Below, piece after piece: positions 62,347 to 64,000 of a stretch of DNA of 64,000 bases. The position numbers were made by a program, and so were the translations under genes. The stretch is from positions 1-64,000 of the forward strand of contig CBDANQ010000040.1 in the NCBI GenBank assembly GCA_965197725.1. Direction: 5' to 3'. Source of the stretch: Longimicrobiales bacterium. Lineage in GTDB: Bacteria; Gemmatimonadota; Gemmatimonadetes; Longimicrobiales; Gaopeijiaceae. The number at the start of each line of letters is the position of its first letter. Positions within the stretch are counted from its first letter, which is position 1. The notes under the pieces are model-generated. The model was not told the DNA's origin, ran no database searches, and saw only the letters and a list, made by a program, of their open reading frames with translations.

Positions 62347-63092
62347 CGCACCACCCCCCACGCGGCGATTGATGCGATCGCGGTAACGGTGGCAATCGCT
62401 GCCGGCCTCCAGACGCGATGCCCGACGAGGAGCCCCGCCACAAAGCAGACGATCGCCGCAACGAGCCAGAGGAGACCGGCGTCGCCCAGTCCCCCCCGGC
62501 CGGCCAGCACCACCCCCGCGAGTACGCCGACGAGCAGCGACGCGATCGACCTGATCCGCTCGCCCAGTTGCGCCAATCGCGCTTCGCTGAGTGTGCGAGC
62601 CACGTCGCGCCCGTCGCGGAGCCCGCTGCGGAAGCCCCAGACGCGCAGCGCCAGGTGGCCCGCGTTGTAGAGGCCGAGAAAGAGCCCCACGACCACCCAG
62701 ACGGGGAGCCCGATCCACCACAGCGTCAAGGCTGTCATGGAGACCGTGGGTAACCAAGCCGCCCAGACGAGGGAATCGCCGAGGCCGCCTAGTGGCCCTC
62801 GAACGGCGGTCTTGAATCGGCGCACCGTCTGTGCATCGGCGCCATCCGCCTCGAGCCTGAGCGCGGCACCTAGTGCGACGTTCGCCAGATACGGGTGCGC
62901 GTTGAAGTGATCCAGGTGACGTCGCACGGAGGCGTCCATGGCCTGTGCATCGTCATCGAATATTCGCCTCAGACCGGGCAGCATCGCAAAGGCGAACCCC
63001 GTACCGAGCATCGTGTGGTAGTTCCACGAGCCCTGGACCAGGAACGAACGCATGAAGGTCGACGTGATGGCGCGACGCGAGAGGGCGCTCAC
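62343..63092 (-). CDS. PTS mannose/fructose/sorbose family IID component
   Basis: QGSWNYHTMLGTGF, HFNAHPY, GPLGGLGDSL. Confidence 0.9.
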   Translation of the reverse strand: MSALSRRAITSTFMRSFLVQGSWNYHTMLGTGFAFAMLPGLRRIFDDDAQAMDASVRRHLDHFNAHPYLANVALGAALRLEADGADAQTVRRFKTAVRGPLGGLGDSLVWAAWLPTVSMTALTLWWIGLPVWVVVGLFLGLYNAGHLALRVWGFRSGLRDGRDVARTLSEARLAQLGERIRSIASLLVGVLAGVVLAGRGGLGDAGLLWLVAAIVCFVAGLLVGHRVWRPAAIATVTAIASIAAWGVVR

Positions 63093-63748
63093 AGGAGCCG
63101 TACCCCCACGATGCCCAAAGCAAGACCCGCGACGAAGAGCACGCGGCGCTCCCGGAAGCCGCCGAGGTCATGGAGCAGAATTCCCGCCGACACCGCGGCG
63201 CCCACGAGCACCAGAGCGAAGGACTCGCGTTCCCCGAGCGGCCACGGCGCGCTGACCCGTGCAACCACCACGCCCCCGATGGCGACACCGGTCCCCGTAA
63301 TCAGGACCCCGCGTATGAAGTCGAGCCCGACCGCGGCGAGGTGAGCGGTCGCTATTCGTGCGGCGCCCGCGCGGGAGTCGGCGGGCTCCGGCACGATGAA
63401 GCCATTCGTTTTTCGCAGCGCAGTGATCGAGAAGCCCCCGACCTGCCCCCACAACAGACCGACCGCGATCGCGACGGGGAACGCCCCCGGTGCGCTGGAC
63501 GCCGACGCGGTCGCCACGGCGACGACCGTCGCGGTCGTGCCTTCCGGGAAACGCGCGCCGCCGCTGGGAAAAGAGACGAGCAGATACAGCTCGAGCAACG
63601 TCCCGACCAAGAGGCCGAGCGCCGGATCCCCGAGCATCCAACCGGTGAGCGCGCCAGCGACGAGGGGCCGGGACAGCATGAATTGCCCGACCGACGTCGC
63701 GTCCAGCGCCAGGCCTCCGCCTAGGAGGGCGATCAGAGCAAGTTCCAT
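63089..63748 (-). CDS. PTS mannose/fructose/sorbose family IIC component
   Basis: QFMLSRPLVAG, GTLLELY, GARFPE. Confidence 0.88.
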   Translation of the reverse strand: MELALIALLGGGLALDATSVGQFMLSRPLVAGALTGWMLGDPALGLLVGTLLELYLLVSFPSGGARFPEGTTATVVAVATASASSAPGAFPVAIAVGLLWGQVGGFSITALRKTNGFIVPEPADSRAGAARIATAHLAAVGLDFIRGVLITGTGVAIGGVVVARVSAPWPLGERESFALVLVGAAVSAGILLHDLGGFRERRVLFVAGLALGIVGVRLL

Positions 63749-64000
63749 CAGCTTTCCAGGAGTGTTTCGAGCGGAACCCGGTGAGAGTCGGGCAGATCGC
63801 GGGCGCTTACCTCCACACCCGCCGCGGCGAGATTCACGAGGTGGTCTACGTCCTCGGGCGTCAAGTGGAGATAGGTGAGCAGCTCACGCCTGCCGGGGCC
63901 GTGGTGGATTCCGCCCAGATTCACTACTTCCCCTGACAGCATCGCACCCGCGCCGAGACGCCACATGGTCGTGACGTCCCGCGTGAGTAGGATGGTCCGC
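63748..64000 (-). CDS. PTS mannose-family IIB component (C-terminal part; runs off the window edge)
   Basis: VNLGGIHHGPGR...GVEVSARDLP. Confidence 0.85.
   Translation of the reverse strand, partial: RTILLTRDVTTMWRLGAGAMLSGEVVNLGGIHHGPGRRELLTYLHLTPEDVDHLVNLAAAGVEVSARDLPDSHRVPLETLLES

Overview
GC-rich bacterial chromosome segment, probably Gemmatimonadota (tmRNA tag ANDNLALAA, several Hanks-type kinases; the 16S was not classified here). Left end: start of an rRNA operon on the minus strand (16S, tRNA-less spacer, 23S 5' end) with its sigma70 promoter, plus tRNA-His. About 5.6-51.5 kb is an accessory mosaic. It holds transporters, Tat-exported enzymes, kinases and many gene fragments. It also holds three IS256 copies, an IS21, an IS1182-like element, an integrase remnant, a tRNA-Ala 3' half (att scar) and four oriIS-anchored remnants of an IS91/ISCR-like rolling-circle element. 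Right end: tmRNA and a core cluster (dusB, EIIA, selB, recO, metK, ptsI, ptsH, mannose-type PTS). The most striking unexplained signal is a family of tiny (mostly 21-23 nt) 'GGGY + hairpin' elements. They are inserted repeatedly, in both orientations and nested inside one another, in the dead IS91-like transposase and the rRNA spacer, and most appear to replace 4 target nucleotides. Several frameshifts fall in homopolymers and may be long-read errors. Coordinates were counted by hand, so non-ORF ends may be off by a few bases.
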